A DNA stretch of 64,000 nucleotides from positions 20,455 through 84,454 of the forward strand of contig CAAENU010000214.1 in the NCBI GenBank assembly GCA_900757415.1, given 5' to 3'. Below, piece by piece: positions 1-8,899 of the stretch. The translations under genes and the position numbers were made by a program. This DNA is from an uncultured Oscillospiraceae bacterium (GTDB taxonomy: Bacteria; Bacillota; Clostridia; Oscillospirales; Oscillospiraceae). The notes beneath the pieces are model-generated. The model was not told the DNA's origin. It worked only from the letters and a program-made list of their open reading frames with translations, and searched no databases. The stretch's first letter is position 1, and each line of letters opens with the position of its first letter.

Positions 1-466
1 TGTCGGCGTGGGAATAACCCTCCATGAATCCGCCGAAGATGGAGGTGCCGATCTCCATGCCGTAGCGGCGGCAGATCTCATCCTTGAACGCCGCCACCGA
101 GTGCGCGCCCCGGTCACAGTCCCGAAAATAGATGTGGCCGGGCTGCTTGGCGTCGGGATGGAGATGGTCGTCCGTTTGCAGCAGCATGGTCACGCAGTCG
201 TCCATCCTGGGCAGCACCGTGCGGCATCTGAGCGTTACACCTTCCCACACGCCGCCGCAGCTGCACACGCAGGACAGCACCGTGGTGATATGCTCCGGCA
301 GCTCCTCCATGGTGCGCAGCAGCGTCTCGTGCATCACCGCCGGCTCCTTGTGGTTTTCCCAGCTCAGCTCCTGCACGGGAAAGTCCGTGCCCATTTTCTG
401 CTGCGCCGCGTCCAGATGCCGCCGTACCGAGGCGCAGCACAGGATCAGCGTATCCGATTTGTCCAA
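1..466 (-). CDS. DUF1638-family protein (partial, runs off window start)
   Basis: Own translation from TTG at 466 (GGAGG RBS at 476-480): MDKSDTLILCCASV...NHKEP...CSCGG...LPRMDDCVTMLL. The PRxDDC motif is typical of DUF1638 proteins found near corrinoid methyltransferase genes. Confidence 0.7.
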   Translation of the reverse strand, partial: MDKSDTLILCCASVRRHLDAAQQKMGTDFPVQELSWENHKEPAVMHETLLRTMEELPEHITTVLSCVCSCGGVWEGVTLRCRTVLPRMDDCVTMLLQTDDHLHPDAKQPGHIYFRDCDRGAHSVAAFKDEICRRYGMEIGTSIFGGFMEGYSHAD

Positions 467-499
467 GGAACCATGCCTCCTTCTCAGATCCGTTTCAAG

Positions 500-530
500 T
501 CATAACCTCCGGCTCTGCCGGAGGTTATGA
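500..530. repeat. Perfect 14-bp inverted repeat TCATAACCTCCGGC-tct-GCCGGAGGTTATGA
   Basis: Seen directly; no clear U-tract on either side. Confidence 0.7.
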
Positions 531-540
531 TGATCATTTG

Positions 541-1359
541 TTATTTTGTCTTCCGCAAAAAGCCGAACCACATGGTAAAGCCTACGAACAATCCGCCCAG
601 AATGTTGCCCAGCGTCACGGGCAGCATGTTGCCCAGGAAGTAGTTGCCCCATGTCAGAGCGCTCAGATCCATACCCAGTGACTGAGCGGTTTCGGCATAG
701 GCGCTCACCGTCTTGGCGAACAGGCCCATGGTGCAGTAGGTCATGTCGGCAATAGAGTGGTTAAAGCCGCAGGTGACGAAAAACATCACCGGCGCCCACG
801 CGCCGATAAAGCGGCCGGCGGTATCCTTGGCACCCAGACTCAGCAGCACGCCGATGGTCACCAGTACGTTGCACAGAAAACCCATGAAGAACGCGTTCTG
901 GAACGGCATGGTCATTTTGCCCAGCGCCACCTTCATGGCGTAGGTTGCCAACAGGTTGCCGCTGGCGGACAGCCATCCGAACTTGGCGCACAGCACTGCC
1001 ACCAGCAGGGAGCCGATGAAGTTGCCGATGTACACAAACAACCAGTTCTTCAGCATGGCGCTCACGCGCACCTTCTTCTCCAGCACGCTGATGCAGATCA
1101 GCGTATTGCCGGTGAACAGCTCCGCGCCGATCAGGATCACCATGCCCAGACCGAAGGCGAACAGCAGTCCGGAAATGGCCCGGATGGTGCTGTTATTATC
1201 CAATCCGTAGCTGGCCATATTGGTTACGCAGGAGGGGAACGCGATCAGCATACCGGCCAGTACACCCAGCAGCAGCATTTTGCTGATGGGCAGACTGCTC
1301 TTTTTTACGCCGGCTTCAGCATAGTTGGCCGCGATCTCGGCAGGAGAAAACAGATTCAT
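541..1359 (-). CDS. Formate/nitrite transporter (FNT) family channel, FdhC/FocA-like
   Basis: Hydrophobic 272 aa with GAELFTGN, YIGNFIG, GFNHSIADM and VTLGNILGG FNT motifs. Confidence 0.92.
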   Translation of the reverse strand: MNLFSPAEIAANYAEAGVKKSSLPISKMLLLGVLAGMLIAFPSCVTNMASYGLDNNSTIRAISGLLFAFGLGMVILIGAELFTGNTLICISVLEKKVRVSAMLKNWLFVYIGNFIGSLLVAVLCAKFGWLSASGNLLATYAMKVALGKMTMPFQNAFFMGFLCNVLVTIGVLLSLGAKDTAGRFIGAWAPVMFFVTCGFNHSIADMTYCTMGLFAKTVSAYAETAQSLGMDLSALTWGNYFLGNMLPVTLGNILGGLFVGFTMWFGFLRKTK

Positions 1360-1371
1360 GCTCAGCCCTCC

Positions 1372-2250
1372 TTACGCCAGTGTGCGTTCGGCAGCCTCCA
1401 CCACATGGCCGATCAGCACGGATGTGGTCACGGCGCCCACGCCGCCGGGAACGGGGGTGATGGCCTCCACGATAGGTTCTACCTCGGCGAATACGGCGTC
1501 GCCCGCCATGCCGCCCTTGCCCTTGGAGGTCACCTTGTCGGGATCCCAGTTCATGGATACGTCGATCACAATCTGACCGGGACGGACATAGTCCTTGGTC
1601 AGGCTCTTCAGTACGCCTGCTGCGGATACCAGAATATCCGCCTCGCGAGCCACGGCCTGCACATCCTTGGTTTTGGTGTGGCACACGGTGACGGTGGCGT
1701 TCTTACCCAACAGCATCATGGCGGCAGGCTTGCCCACTACCAGCGAGCGGCCGATGACGACGGCCTTCTTGCCGGTGCAGTCAATGCCGTAGTAGTCCAG
1801 AATTTCCATGCAGGCCTGAGGCGTGCAGGGGGCGAAACCCAGCTTCTTGCCCATAAACACGCCGGCATTGGACAGGTCGGTCATGGAGTCGATATCCTTT
1901 CGGGCATCCAGATGGTTGCAAATTTCGTCCTGATCCGCCTTCAGGTGCTTGGGCAGGGGGCGGAACAGCAGGCAGCCATGGATGCTGTCGTCGGCGTTGA
2001 CGGCCTCGATCTGGTCGATCAGCGCCTCCTTGGTCACATCCTCCGGCAGCAGGAACTTCACCACATCAACGCCAATCAGCTCGGCGCGGGAGGTGGCACC
2101 CTTCTCATAGGACAGGTCAGAGGGGTTTTCGCCGCAGCGGACGATGGCCAGCTTCGGCGTTACGCCCTTTTCCTTCAGTGCCGCTACCCGCTGCTGCAGG
2201 CGTTCGTTCATGGCGGCGGTCACTTCTTTACCCAGTAATTGCTTTGCCAT
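1372..2250 (-). CDS. folD: Methylene-THF dehydrogenase / methenyl-THF cyclohydrolase
   Basis: PCTPQAC, VIGRSLVVGKP and TPVPGGVGAVT motifs. Confidence 0.95.
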   Translation of the reverse strand: MAKQLLGKEVTAAMNERLQQRVAALKEKGVTPKLAIVRCGENPSDLSYEKGATSRAELIGVDVVKFLLPEDVTKEALIDQIEAVNADDSIHGCLLFRPLPKHLKADQDEICNHLDARKDIDSMTDLSNAGVFMGKKLGFAPCTPQACMEILDYYGIDCTGKKAVVIGRSLVVGKPAAMMLLGKNATVTVCHTKTKDVQAVAREADILVSAAGVLKSLTKDYVRPGQIVIDVSMNWDPDKVTSKGKGGMAGDAVFAEVEPIVEAITPVPGGVGAVTTSVLIGHVVEAAERTLA

Positions 2251-2264
2251 ATTCGTTTCCTCCC

Positions 2265-2885
2265 TTATTTGAAGAAGCCGGCCTTAACGGTCTCAAAAAT
2301 GCCGTCGGCCTTTTTGCCGTATACATCCAGCATGTTCAGGCACTTGGCGTTCATCTCTTCCGCCACGGTGCGGTTTTGCAGCGTCTTGGTGTTGATGAAC
2401 ACGTTCAGCGATGCCGCCTGCAATGCCGCCTTCACAATGGCGGCGCCGCAGCCTGCGTCGGACACTGCCAGACGGGAGCCCTTCTCGGCGAACACGGCGA
2501 TGGCGTCGATGGCCTCGCAGCACAGCTCCATGATGTGCATGGGAACCCGGCATGCGGTGATGGTGGCCTCCTCCATGATGCGGGGCCGGTCGGGATCGTC
2601 CTTGGGGATGCCGTAGGCGTTGGCCAGCGGGATAAAGCCCTCGGCGTCGGCGGGTACCTGATCCAGCAGCTCGGTCTGAAGGGCGTCGCACTTCTTCTGC
2701 AATGCGATGATCTCCGCCTCCACGTCGGCGTATTTCTTCTTGCCCACGGTCAGGGAGCCAACCATGTTGCCCAGCGCTGTACCGATGGCGGCCACCAGCG
2801 CGGAAGCACCGCCGCCGCCGGGAGCCGGCTCGTTGGAAGCCAGAACCGTGACAAATTCACGGCAGGATTTGGTGGTATAATCCAT
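2265..2885 (-). CDS. fchA: Formiminotransferase-cyclodeaminase-family methenyl-THF cyclohydrolase
   Basis: PAPGGGGASAL, MVGSLTVGKKKY, SDAGCG and LNVFIN motifs; located between fhs and folD. Confidence 0.88.
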   Translation of the reverse strand: MDYTTKSCREFVTVLASNEPAPGGGGASALVAAIGTALGNMVGSLTVGKKKYADVEAEIIALQKKCDALQTELLDQVPADAEGFIPLANAYGIPKDDPDRPRIMEEATITACRVPMHIMELCCEAIDAIAVFAEKGSRLAVSDAGCGAAIVKAALQAASLNVFINTKTLQNRTVAEEMNAKCLNMLDVYGKKADGIFETVKAGFFK

Positions 2886-2908
2886 AGTTCTCTCCTCGTT
2901 TTCTCAAA

Positions 2909-3241
2909 TCAATCTGTCAAAAAGAGCAGTTTGCTTTTTTCCTTGCCCGTCACATCGCCCGCCGCGGCAAACAGCCGTACCTCCTCCGCGCCTGCCATCG
3001 CCTGTGCCCAGCCTTCCGGCAGACGGAAGTACAGGTGCTCGTGTCCATGACCCGGCAGCGGCTGTGCCCGGCTGTACAGCGGCACCGTTTGCTCTCCGTC
3101 GTCGCCGTAGATGGTGATTTCCGGGCACAGGGGCGTATCGGTGTGGTTGCTGGCAATCAGCAGGATGTTCAGGCTGTCCCGCCTGGTCAGCGTGGTGCGG
3201 GCGGGATCAAAATAATCGATGGTAACGTCTTCCTTCATCAT
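2909..3241 (-). CDS. Hypothetical protein (~110 aa)
   Basis: ORF co-oriented with the operon; start uncertain; no recognised motif. Confidence 0.5.
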   Translation of the reverse strand: MMKEDVTIDYFDPARTTLTRRDSLNILLIASNHTDTPLCPEITIYGDDGEQTVPLYSRAQPLPGHGHEHLYFRLPEGWAQAMAGAEEVRLFAAAGDVTGKEKSKLLFLTD

Positions 3242-3257
3242 GCAGGTAGCTGACGGG

Positions 3258-3292
3258 AAAAGCTCCGGCGGCTTCAAGCCGCCGGAGCTTTC
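3258..3292 (-). terminator. Rho-independent terminator downstream of fhs
   Basis: AAAGCTCCGGCGGC-ttcaa-GCCGCCGGAGCTTT hairpin with A/T tracts on both sides. Confidence 0.75.
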
Positions 3293-3325
3293 TTGTGTTT
3301 AAGTATCCGAAAATAGCCTTAATGC

Positions 3326-3454
3326 GTTCTGAAAAGCCTCGCAGAGTTCACATCCGCGCCGTGGAGCGAGGAAGAGCAAGTGCAAAAGGCGCGCAATCAG
3401 ACCGCAAACCCTTCCGGGCATGAAATCGAAGATTTCATGCCGGTTTTTTAGAAC
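3326..3454. repeat. Candidate MITE/REP-like element with imperfect 13-bp terminal inverted repeats and an internal hairpin
   Basis: GTTCTGAAAAGCC (3326-3338) vs GGTTTTTTAGAAC (3442-3454), 11/13 match; hairpin GGCATGAAATC-gaa-GATTTCATGCC. Confidence 0.35.
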
Positions 3455-5256
3455 AGGCCGCTGACCTTGCCGGTCTCGGTGTCCACATCGATGCGGCGGT
3501 AGGCGGGGTTGGCCGCGGTGCCGGGCATCATGGAGATGGTGCCGGCCATGGGGCACAGGAACTTGGCGCCGCCATACTCCAGAATGTCGCGGATCGCCAG
3601 ACGCCAGCCGGTGGGAACGCCCTTCTTGTTGGGATCGTCGGACAGGGAGAGATGGGTCTTGACCATCATGGTGCAGTAATCGGCGTACTTGGGGTCGGAC
3701 TCGAAACGCTCCGCCTTCTGAACGGCCAGAGGTGCCCAATCCACGCCGTCGGCGCCGTAGACCTCCTTGGCGATCAGCTCGACGCGCTGACGCAGAGGCA
3801 TGTCGAGGTCGTACAGGAACTTGACGTTGACCGGCTCCTCGCAGGCTTCCACCACCGTCTTGGCCAGCTCGATGGCGCCCTCGCCGCCGAAACGCCAATG
3901 GTTGGACTCGGCGCAGCGGACGCCGCGCTCCTTGCACAGCTTCTTCAGCAGGGCGATCTCGGCATCGGTATCGGTGTAGAAGCGGTTGATGCAGACCACG
4001 GGATTGATGCCGGACTTCTTGATGGTGTTCACATGGTGGAACAGGTTGCAGGTACCCTTCTCCAGCAGTTCCAGATTCTCCTCGGTATATTCCTTGGGCA
4101 GGGGAGCGCCGGGGGTGACCTTCGGGCCGCCGCCGTGCATCTTCAGTGCGCGGACGGTAGCCACCAGCACGGAGACATTGGGGGTCAGGCCGCTCAGGCG
4201 GGTCTTTACGTTCCAGAACTTTTCGAAGCCGATATCGGCGGCGAAGCCAGACTCGGTGACATGGTAATCAAACAGCTTCAGTGCCAGACGGTCGGCGATG
4301 ACAGAAGACTGGCCGATGGCGATGTTGGCAAAGGGACCGGCATGGACCAGAACAGGCTGGTGCTCCACGGAGTAGCACATGGTGGGGTTGATGGTGTTGC
4401 GCATCCATGCGGTCATGGCGCCGGCAACCTCCAGGTCCTCGCAGGTAACGGGTTCGCCGCTGCGGGAGTAGGCCACCACGATCTTGCCGATACGCTCGCG
4501 CAGATCCTTCAGGTCGCGAGCCACGGCCAGAATAGCCATCAGCTCACTGCCCACGGCGATGCCGAACTTGGATTCCATCATAAAGCCGTCCAGACGGCCG
4601 CCGATGCCGATGATGATGTTGCGCAGACCCTGTGCGCAGAAGTCCATGACCCAACCCATCTCAATGCGCTTGGGGTCGATGTCCAGACGCTTCAGGCCCT
4701 TCTTGGCCAGCCACTCATCATCGTTGTTGCGCTCATGCTGCATGCGGGCGTTCAGCGCCACCATAGCCAGATTGTGGGCGTTCATGATGTCGTTGATATC
4801 GCCGGTCAGGCCCAGAGAGAACTCGGTCATGGGCATCAGCAGGGCGTTGCCGCCGCCGGCTGCGGTACCCTTCACGTTCATGGTGGGGCCGCCGGAGGGC
4901 TGACGCAGGGCGCCGCCCACGTTCAGACCCAGCTTGCCCAAACCTTCGATCAGGCCCAGAGAAACTGTGGACTTACCCTCGCCGAAAGGCGTGGGGGTAA
5001 TGGCGGTGACCTCAATGAACTTGCCGTCGGGTTTGTCCTTCAGGCGCTTCATCACCTTGATGAAGTCGATTTTGGGGGTCTTGCCATAGGGGATCATCTC
5101 CTCGGGCAGCAGGCCAAGCTTCTCGCGGAAATACTCCACGGAGGGCAGCGCCTTTTCTGCTTCTTCGGCGATCTGCCAATCCTTATAGATCGTCGGATCC
5201 AGCGTCACGCGGCCATTGGCGTCCACATACTTGCCGTCTTTGAATTCGATTGCCAT
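3448..5256 (-). CDS. fhs: Formate--tetrahydrofolate ligase
   Basis: [50 protein letters not shown] and C-terminal GLF; ATG at 5256 with AGGAGG RBS. Confidence 0.97.
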   Translation of the reverse strand: MAIEFKDGKYVDANGRVTLDPTIYKDWQIAEEAEKALPSVEYFREKLGLLPEEMIPYGKTPKIDFIKVMKRLKDKPDGKFIEVTAITPTPFGEGKSTVSLGLIEGLGKLGLNVGGALRQPSGGPTMNVKGTAAGGGNALLMPMTEFSLGLTGDINDIMNAHNLAMVALNARMQHERNNDDEWLAKKGLKRLDIDPKRIEMGWVMDFCAQGLRNIIIGIGGRLDGFMMESKFGIAVGSELMAILAVARDLKDLRERIGKIVVAYSRSGEPVTCEDLEVAGAMTAWMRNTINPTMCYSVEHQPVLVHAGPFANIAIGQSSVIADRLALKLFDYHVTESGFAADIGFEKFWNVKTRLSGLTPNVSVLVATVRALKMHGGGPKVTPGAPLPKEYTEENLELLEKGTCNLFHHVNTIKKSGINPVVCINRFYTDTDAEIALLKKLCKERGVRCAESNHWRFGGEGAIELAKTVVEACEEPVNVKFLYDLDMPLRQRVELIAKEVYGADGVDWAPLAVQKAERFESDPKYADYCTMMVKTHLSLSDDPNKKGVPTGWRLAIRDILEYGGAKFLCPMAGTISMMPGTAANPAYRRIDVDTETGKVSGLF

Positions 5257-5323
5257 AGGGTTTTCCTCCTTATTATCCTCAGGTTGCCCTGAATGTTTCT
5301 CTTCGGCGTCCTCGCGCCGTTGA

Positions 5324-6265
5324 TCACTCTTTGATATGTGCGCTGCGGCGCACCAGATCGGTTGCCTTGTCCCGCAGCAGCTGCTGGCGCACCACGGTCT
5401 GGAACCCGTTGTCAAAATAGGGTTTCAGATCCTCCGGGCGCATGTTGTTGTCGGCGCAGATCTTGCCGAAAGCTGCATCCATCTCCTCCTCGGTGACAGA
5501 AAGACCCTCCAATTCAGCGATCTTTTCCACCGCCTTCTGGGTGCGGAACGCCTCCAGCGCATCGGGCCGCATGTCCTCGCGCAGCTTTTTCTCATCGCTG
5601 CCGGTAAACTGGCAGTAAGCCTCCAGCGTCAGTCCCTTCTGGGCCAGCTGGGCGGTCAATGTTTCCATCTGCGCCTCCACCATCCGGTCCAGCTCCTCGT
5701 CCGTAGGCTGCTCCTCCACCGTGGCGGCCACCTGATGCATCAGCTGCCAGCGCAGCTCCTGCTCAGCCTGCTCATTGCGGTAATCCTGCAGGGCCTTGCC
5801 CATCGTCTCGCGCATCTGCGCCATGCTTTCGCACCGGCCAACCTCTTTGGCAAAGGTGTCATCCAGTTCATAGGCGGCGTGGCTGCGGATCTCATGGACG
5901 TGGCAGCGGAATTCAGCCGCCTTGCCTGCCAGCTCCGGGGCGTGATACTCGGTGGGGAACGTGACCGTTACGGTCACATCGTCTCCGATGTTGGCGCCCA
6001 CCAGCTGTTCTTCAAAGCCGGGGATAAACATACCGCTGCCCAGTGTCAGCGTCTGCTTTTCGGCGGTGCCGCCGGGGAACTGCACGCCCTCGGAATAGCC
6101 GGCATAATCCAGCACCAGTTCATCGCCCAGCGCGGCGGCACGGCCCTCCACCGGAATGATCCGGGGATTGGCCTGTAAAAGGCGCTGCATCTGGCGGTCG
6201 ATATCCTCCGCCGTGATGGTCACATGCTCCAGCGTGCCCTCCAGATTCAAATAGGTAAAGCTCAT
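5324..6265 (-). CDS. Trigger-factor-like FKBP PPIase/chaperone lacking the N-terminal ribosome-binding domain
   Basis: [16 protein letters not shown] and [19 protein letters not shown] trigger factor motifs plus helical C-domain; only ~313 aa, no GFRxGxxP motif. Confidence 0.8.
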   Translation of the reverse strand: MSFTYLNLEGTLEHVTITAEDIDRQMQRLLQANPRIIPVEGRAAALGDELVLDYAGYSEGVQFPGGTAEKQTLTLGSGMFIPGFEEQLVGANIGDDVTVTVTFPTEYHAPELAGKAAEFRCHVHEIRSHAAYELDDTFAKEVGRCESMAQMRETMGKALQDYRNEQAEQELRWQLMHQVAATVEEQPTDEELDRMVEAQMETLTAQLAQKGLTLEAYCQFTGSDEKKLREDMRPDALEAFRTQKAVEKIAELEGLSVTEEEMDAAFGKICADNNMRPEDLKPYFDNGFQTVVRQQLLRDKATDLVRRSAHIKE

Positions 6266-6271
6266 GGTCAA

Positions 6272-6895
6272 TTAATTCCTTTTCATCTCTTGTCGGATGG
6301 CGGAAATGAGAATATCTCCCGCCACCACGCGATCCTCCGCCGAAAAAGCAGAGGCAAAGTTATCCGAATACAGGATCTGGCTGGAGGGCGGGAACTCCTC
6401 GTCTCCGGCGTAGATCATGATCTGCATCCGGTACCCCTCCAGAAAGTCGAAGCCGTAACCCGCGTCGCCGTGGGGCAGCTTTTCGCCGCCCAACCGCTGA
6501 CAGGCGGCCGCAAAATTTGCCGCCTGCGTGCCGAAAGTGAACGCTGCACGGTTCAGGCACCGGCCTGTATAGGGCGCAATATACAGCTCTCCCCACGGCA
6601 TCTCCCGGAAGGTCTTGTAGCTCAGCGACAATGCCGCGCGCTTTCCCTCCAGCAGATAGCGCATCAGGAATGTCTGGCAGGGCAGATTCTGCAAAGCAAA
6701 GGCATCCTCCCTGTCCGCCGTAATGGCGTATTCCGGCCACGCGATACGGTAGGTGGTTCCCATCAGGCGCAGGGTAAAGCAGCCGTCTGAAAAGACCACG
6801 CCGCAGCGCCGGGCCGCCTCCTGCGGATCCAGCGCTGCAAACAGCGCCGCATAGTGGGAAAAGGGAACCTCTTCTTTGTTGTTCCGGATCTCCAT
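6272..6895 (-). CDS. DUF3786-family protein
   Basis: FREMPWGELY, GDEEFPPSSQILY and SAEDRVV motifs; typical neighbour of acs genes. Confidence 0.8.
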   Translation of the reverse strand: MEIRNNKEEVPFSHYAALFAALDPQEAARRCGVVFSDGCFTLRLMGTTYRIAWPEYAITADREDAFALQNLPCQTFLMRYLLEGKRAALSLSYKTFREMPWGELYIAPYTGRCLNRAAFTFGTQAANFAAACQRLGGEKLPHGDAGYGFDFLEGYRMQIMIYAGDEEFPPSSQILYSDNFASAFSAEDRVVAGDILISAIRQEMKRN

Positions 6896-6898
6896 AGT

Positions 6899-8830
6899 TC
6901 ACTCCTGTACGCTGGACGGGAACAGCTCCTTGCTGGTATGGGGCAGGAAGCAGGCCGCCACAAATTCTTCCATATAGCGCGGCTCGGTGGACAACTCCAT
7001 ATACGTCATGTTGCTGGCCAGCTCATGGACCTTTTCCTCCGCGGCGTTGGACAGCGTCAGCGCGTAGGCGCCTGCCAGTGAGGAGTTGCCGATATACTGG
7101 AACAGCGCACGGTCCACGTCCGGGAACATGCCGATGCGCACGGCGTTATCCATATTGATGCCGCTGCCGATGCCGCCGGCCACATAGATGTGCTCCAGCA
7201 CGTCCACATCCATATCCAGCGATGTCAGCATGGTGTGGATCGCGGAGAAGATAGCGCCCTTGGCCCGGATGAAGCATTCAATGTCCACCTCGGTGATGGC
7301 GATTTCACGGCCGGTGTCGCTCTCGTTGCTGAAGGCCAGCACATAGCGGCCCATGCCGTGCTCATCCCGGATGATGCGGGGATTTTCGCGGACAAAATGT
7401 CCCTTGGCCGAGATGGCGGAGGTGCGGTACAGCTCTGCGATCACATCAATAATGCCGCTGCCGCAGATACCCACCGCCTTTTGCCCCGCCTCTCCCACAA
7501 TGGACAGCGTCGGCTCCAGCGTGTCGCGGTCGATGGTCACGGCCTCCACCGCGCCGTCTGTAGCGCGCATGCCGCAGGAGATGTCGCCGCCCTCGAAAGC
7601 GGGGCCTGCCGAGCAGGCGCAGGACATCATGAAGTCCCGGTTGCCGAACACGATCTCGCCGTTGGTGCCCAGATCGATGAACAGGGAAAACTCATCCTTG
7701 TCCCAGATGCGGCTGGTCAGGGTACCGGCGGTGATGTCGCCGCCCACATACGAGCCGATGTTGGGGGCAATGACCACCTTGGCGTCGGGGTTGGCCACCA
7801 GCCGTATATCGCTGGCTTTCAGCCCGTCCCAGTGGAAGAAGGTGGGGATATAGGGTTCCATCCGCACGGGATCGGCATCTACGCCCAGCAGCAGATGGTT
7901 CATGGTGGTGTTGGAAGCCACACAGCAGCGCAGGATCCGATCGGAGTCCACCTTGGCATTGCGCAGCAGTGCCTTTGTCAGCGGCTGGAGCGTTTCCTCC
8001 ACCACAGCCTTCTGCAGGCGCTCCACGCCGCCGCTGCGGCCCTGCTCCACAATGCGGTTGATCACATCCGCGCCATAGCGAATCTGGCCGTTGCCGCCGC
8101 TGCCCTTGGCCAGCAGCTTTCCGGTTTTCAGATCGGTGATCACTGCCGAAACGGTGGTGGTGCCGATGTCAATGGCCAGACCGCACATAGGCTGCGGCTC
8201 TTTGGCGCTGCGCACATCCATGGCGTGGAACACGCCGCCGCACAGTGTGCCGGCCACGGCCACATGGAAACCGCTTTCGCGCAGCACGCGGGCCAGCTTA
8301 TGTACCGTGGGATAGCTCAGGCGCACCTCGCCGCACGCCAGCGCCTCCTGAAGCGCCAGCGTCAGCCGCTCGGTGTCGGGCATGGTGTCCTCCAGCGTCG
8401 GCTCGGCCATGGTGACCACCGCCTCCGTAAAATCATTGCTGAACGCCACCCCCGCCGCTTTCAGATCCTCCTCCAGCCGGGTAAAGATGGCGATCTCCTC
8501 GCCGGTGGACAGATCTGCGGTTTTCATGCGGCTCTGATAGGCCGAGGCAATATCCGGCACCATCACGGTGACATCGGAACTGACCTTGCTGGCGCAGCTC
8601 AGGCGCCAGCCGGCAGCGTAATCTTCGTCGGTGATATGGCTGGTCTGCAGGCCCTCTACCGTGCCCTCCAGCAGCTTCACGCGGCACTTGCCGCATGAGC
8701 CGTTGCCCGAGCACGGCGCGTCGATGGCCACATTGGCGGCGCGGGCCGTTTCCAGCAGTGTTTCGCCGGGCGCGGCGGTGGCTGTTACCGGCGTTGCGCC
8801 GTTTTCAAAGGTAAAGATCACCTGATACAT
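6899..8830 (-). CDS. acsV: Corrinoid reductive activase (2Fe-2S + ASKHA ATPase), AcsV/RACo
   Basis: CSGNGSCGKC ferredoxin motif, AIDIGTTT, IDLGTNGE, CSAGPAFEG, GICGSG. Confidence 0.92.
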   Translation of the reverse strand: MYQVIFTFENGATPVTATAAPGETLLETARAANVAIDAPCSGNGSCGKCRVKLLEGTVEGLQTSHITDEDYAAGWRLSCASKVSSDVTVMVPDIASAYQSRMKTADLSTGEEIAIFTRLEEDLKAAGVAFSNDFTEAVVTMAEPTLEDTMPDTERLTLALQEALACGEVRLSYPTVHKLARVLRESGFHVAVAGTLCGGVFHAMDVRSAKEPQPMCGLAIDIGTTTVSAVITDLKTGKLLAKGSGGNGQIRYGADVINRIVEQGRSGGVERLQKAVVEETLQPLTKALLRNAKVDSDRILRCCVASNTTMNHLLLGVDADPVRMEPYIPTFFHWDGLKASDIRLVANPDAKVVIAPNIGSYVGGDITAGTLTSRIWDKDEFSLFIDLGTNGEIVFGNRDFMMSCACSAGPAFEGGDISCGMRATDGAVEAVTIDRDTLEPTLSIVGEAGQKAVGICGSGIIDVIAELYRTSAISAKGHFVRENPRIIRDEHGMGRYVLAFSNESDTGREIAITEVDIECFIRAKGAIFSAIHTMLTSLDMDVDVLEHIYVAGGIGSGINMDNAVRIGMFPDVDRALFQYIGNSSLAGAYALTLSNAAEEKVHELASNMTYMELSTEPRYMEEFVAACFLPHTSKELFPSSVQE

Positions 8831-8899
8831 AGTACTCTCCTTGCGCGTTGTCGTACCCTGCCGCGCCGGGTCCTCCGTCGGCGCGGCAGGTAAATGGGG

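Noticed and set aside
3448..5415. 655-aa Fhs with a long N-terminal extension, and similar extended starts for acsB, metF, ask, the Crp gene and mtnA
   Set aside because: Better downstream starts with Shine-Dalgarno sites exist; the extensions overlap neighbouring genes or promoters.
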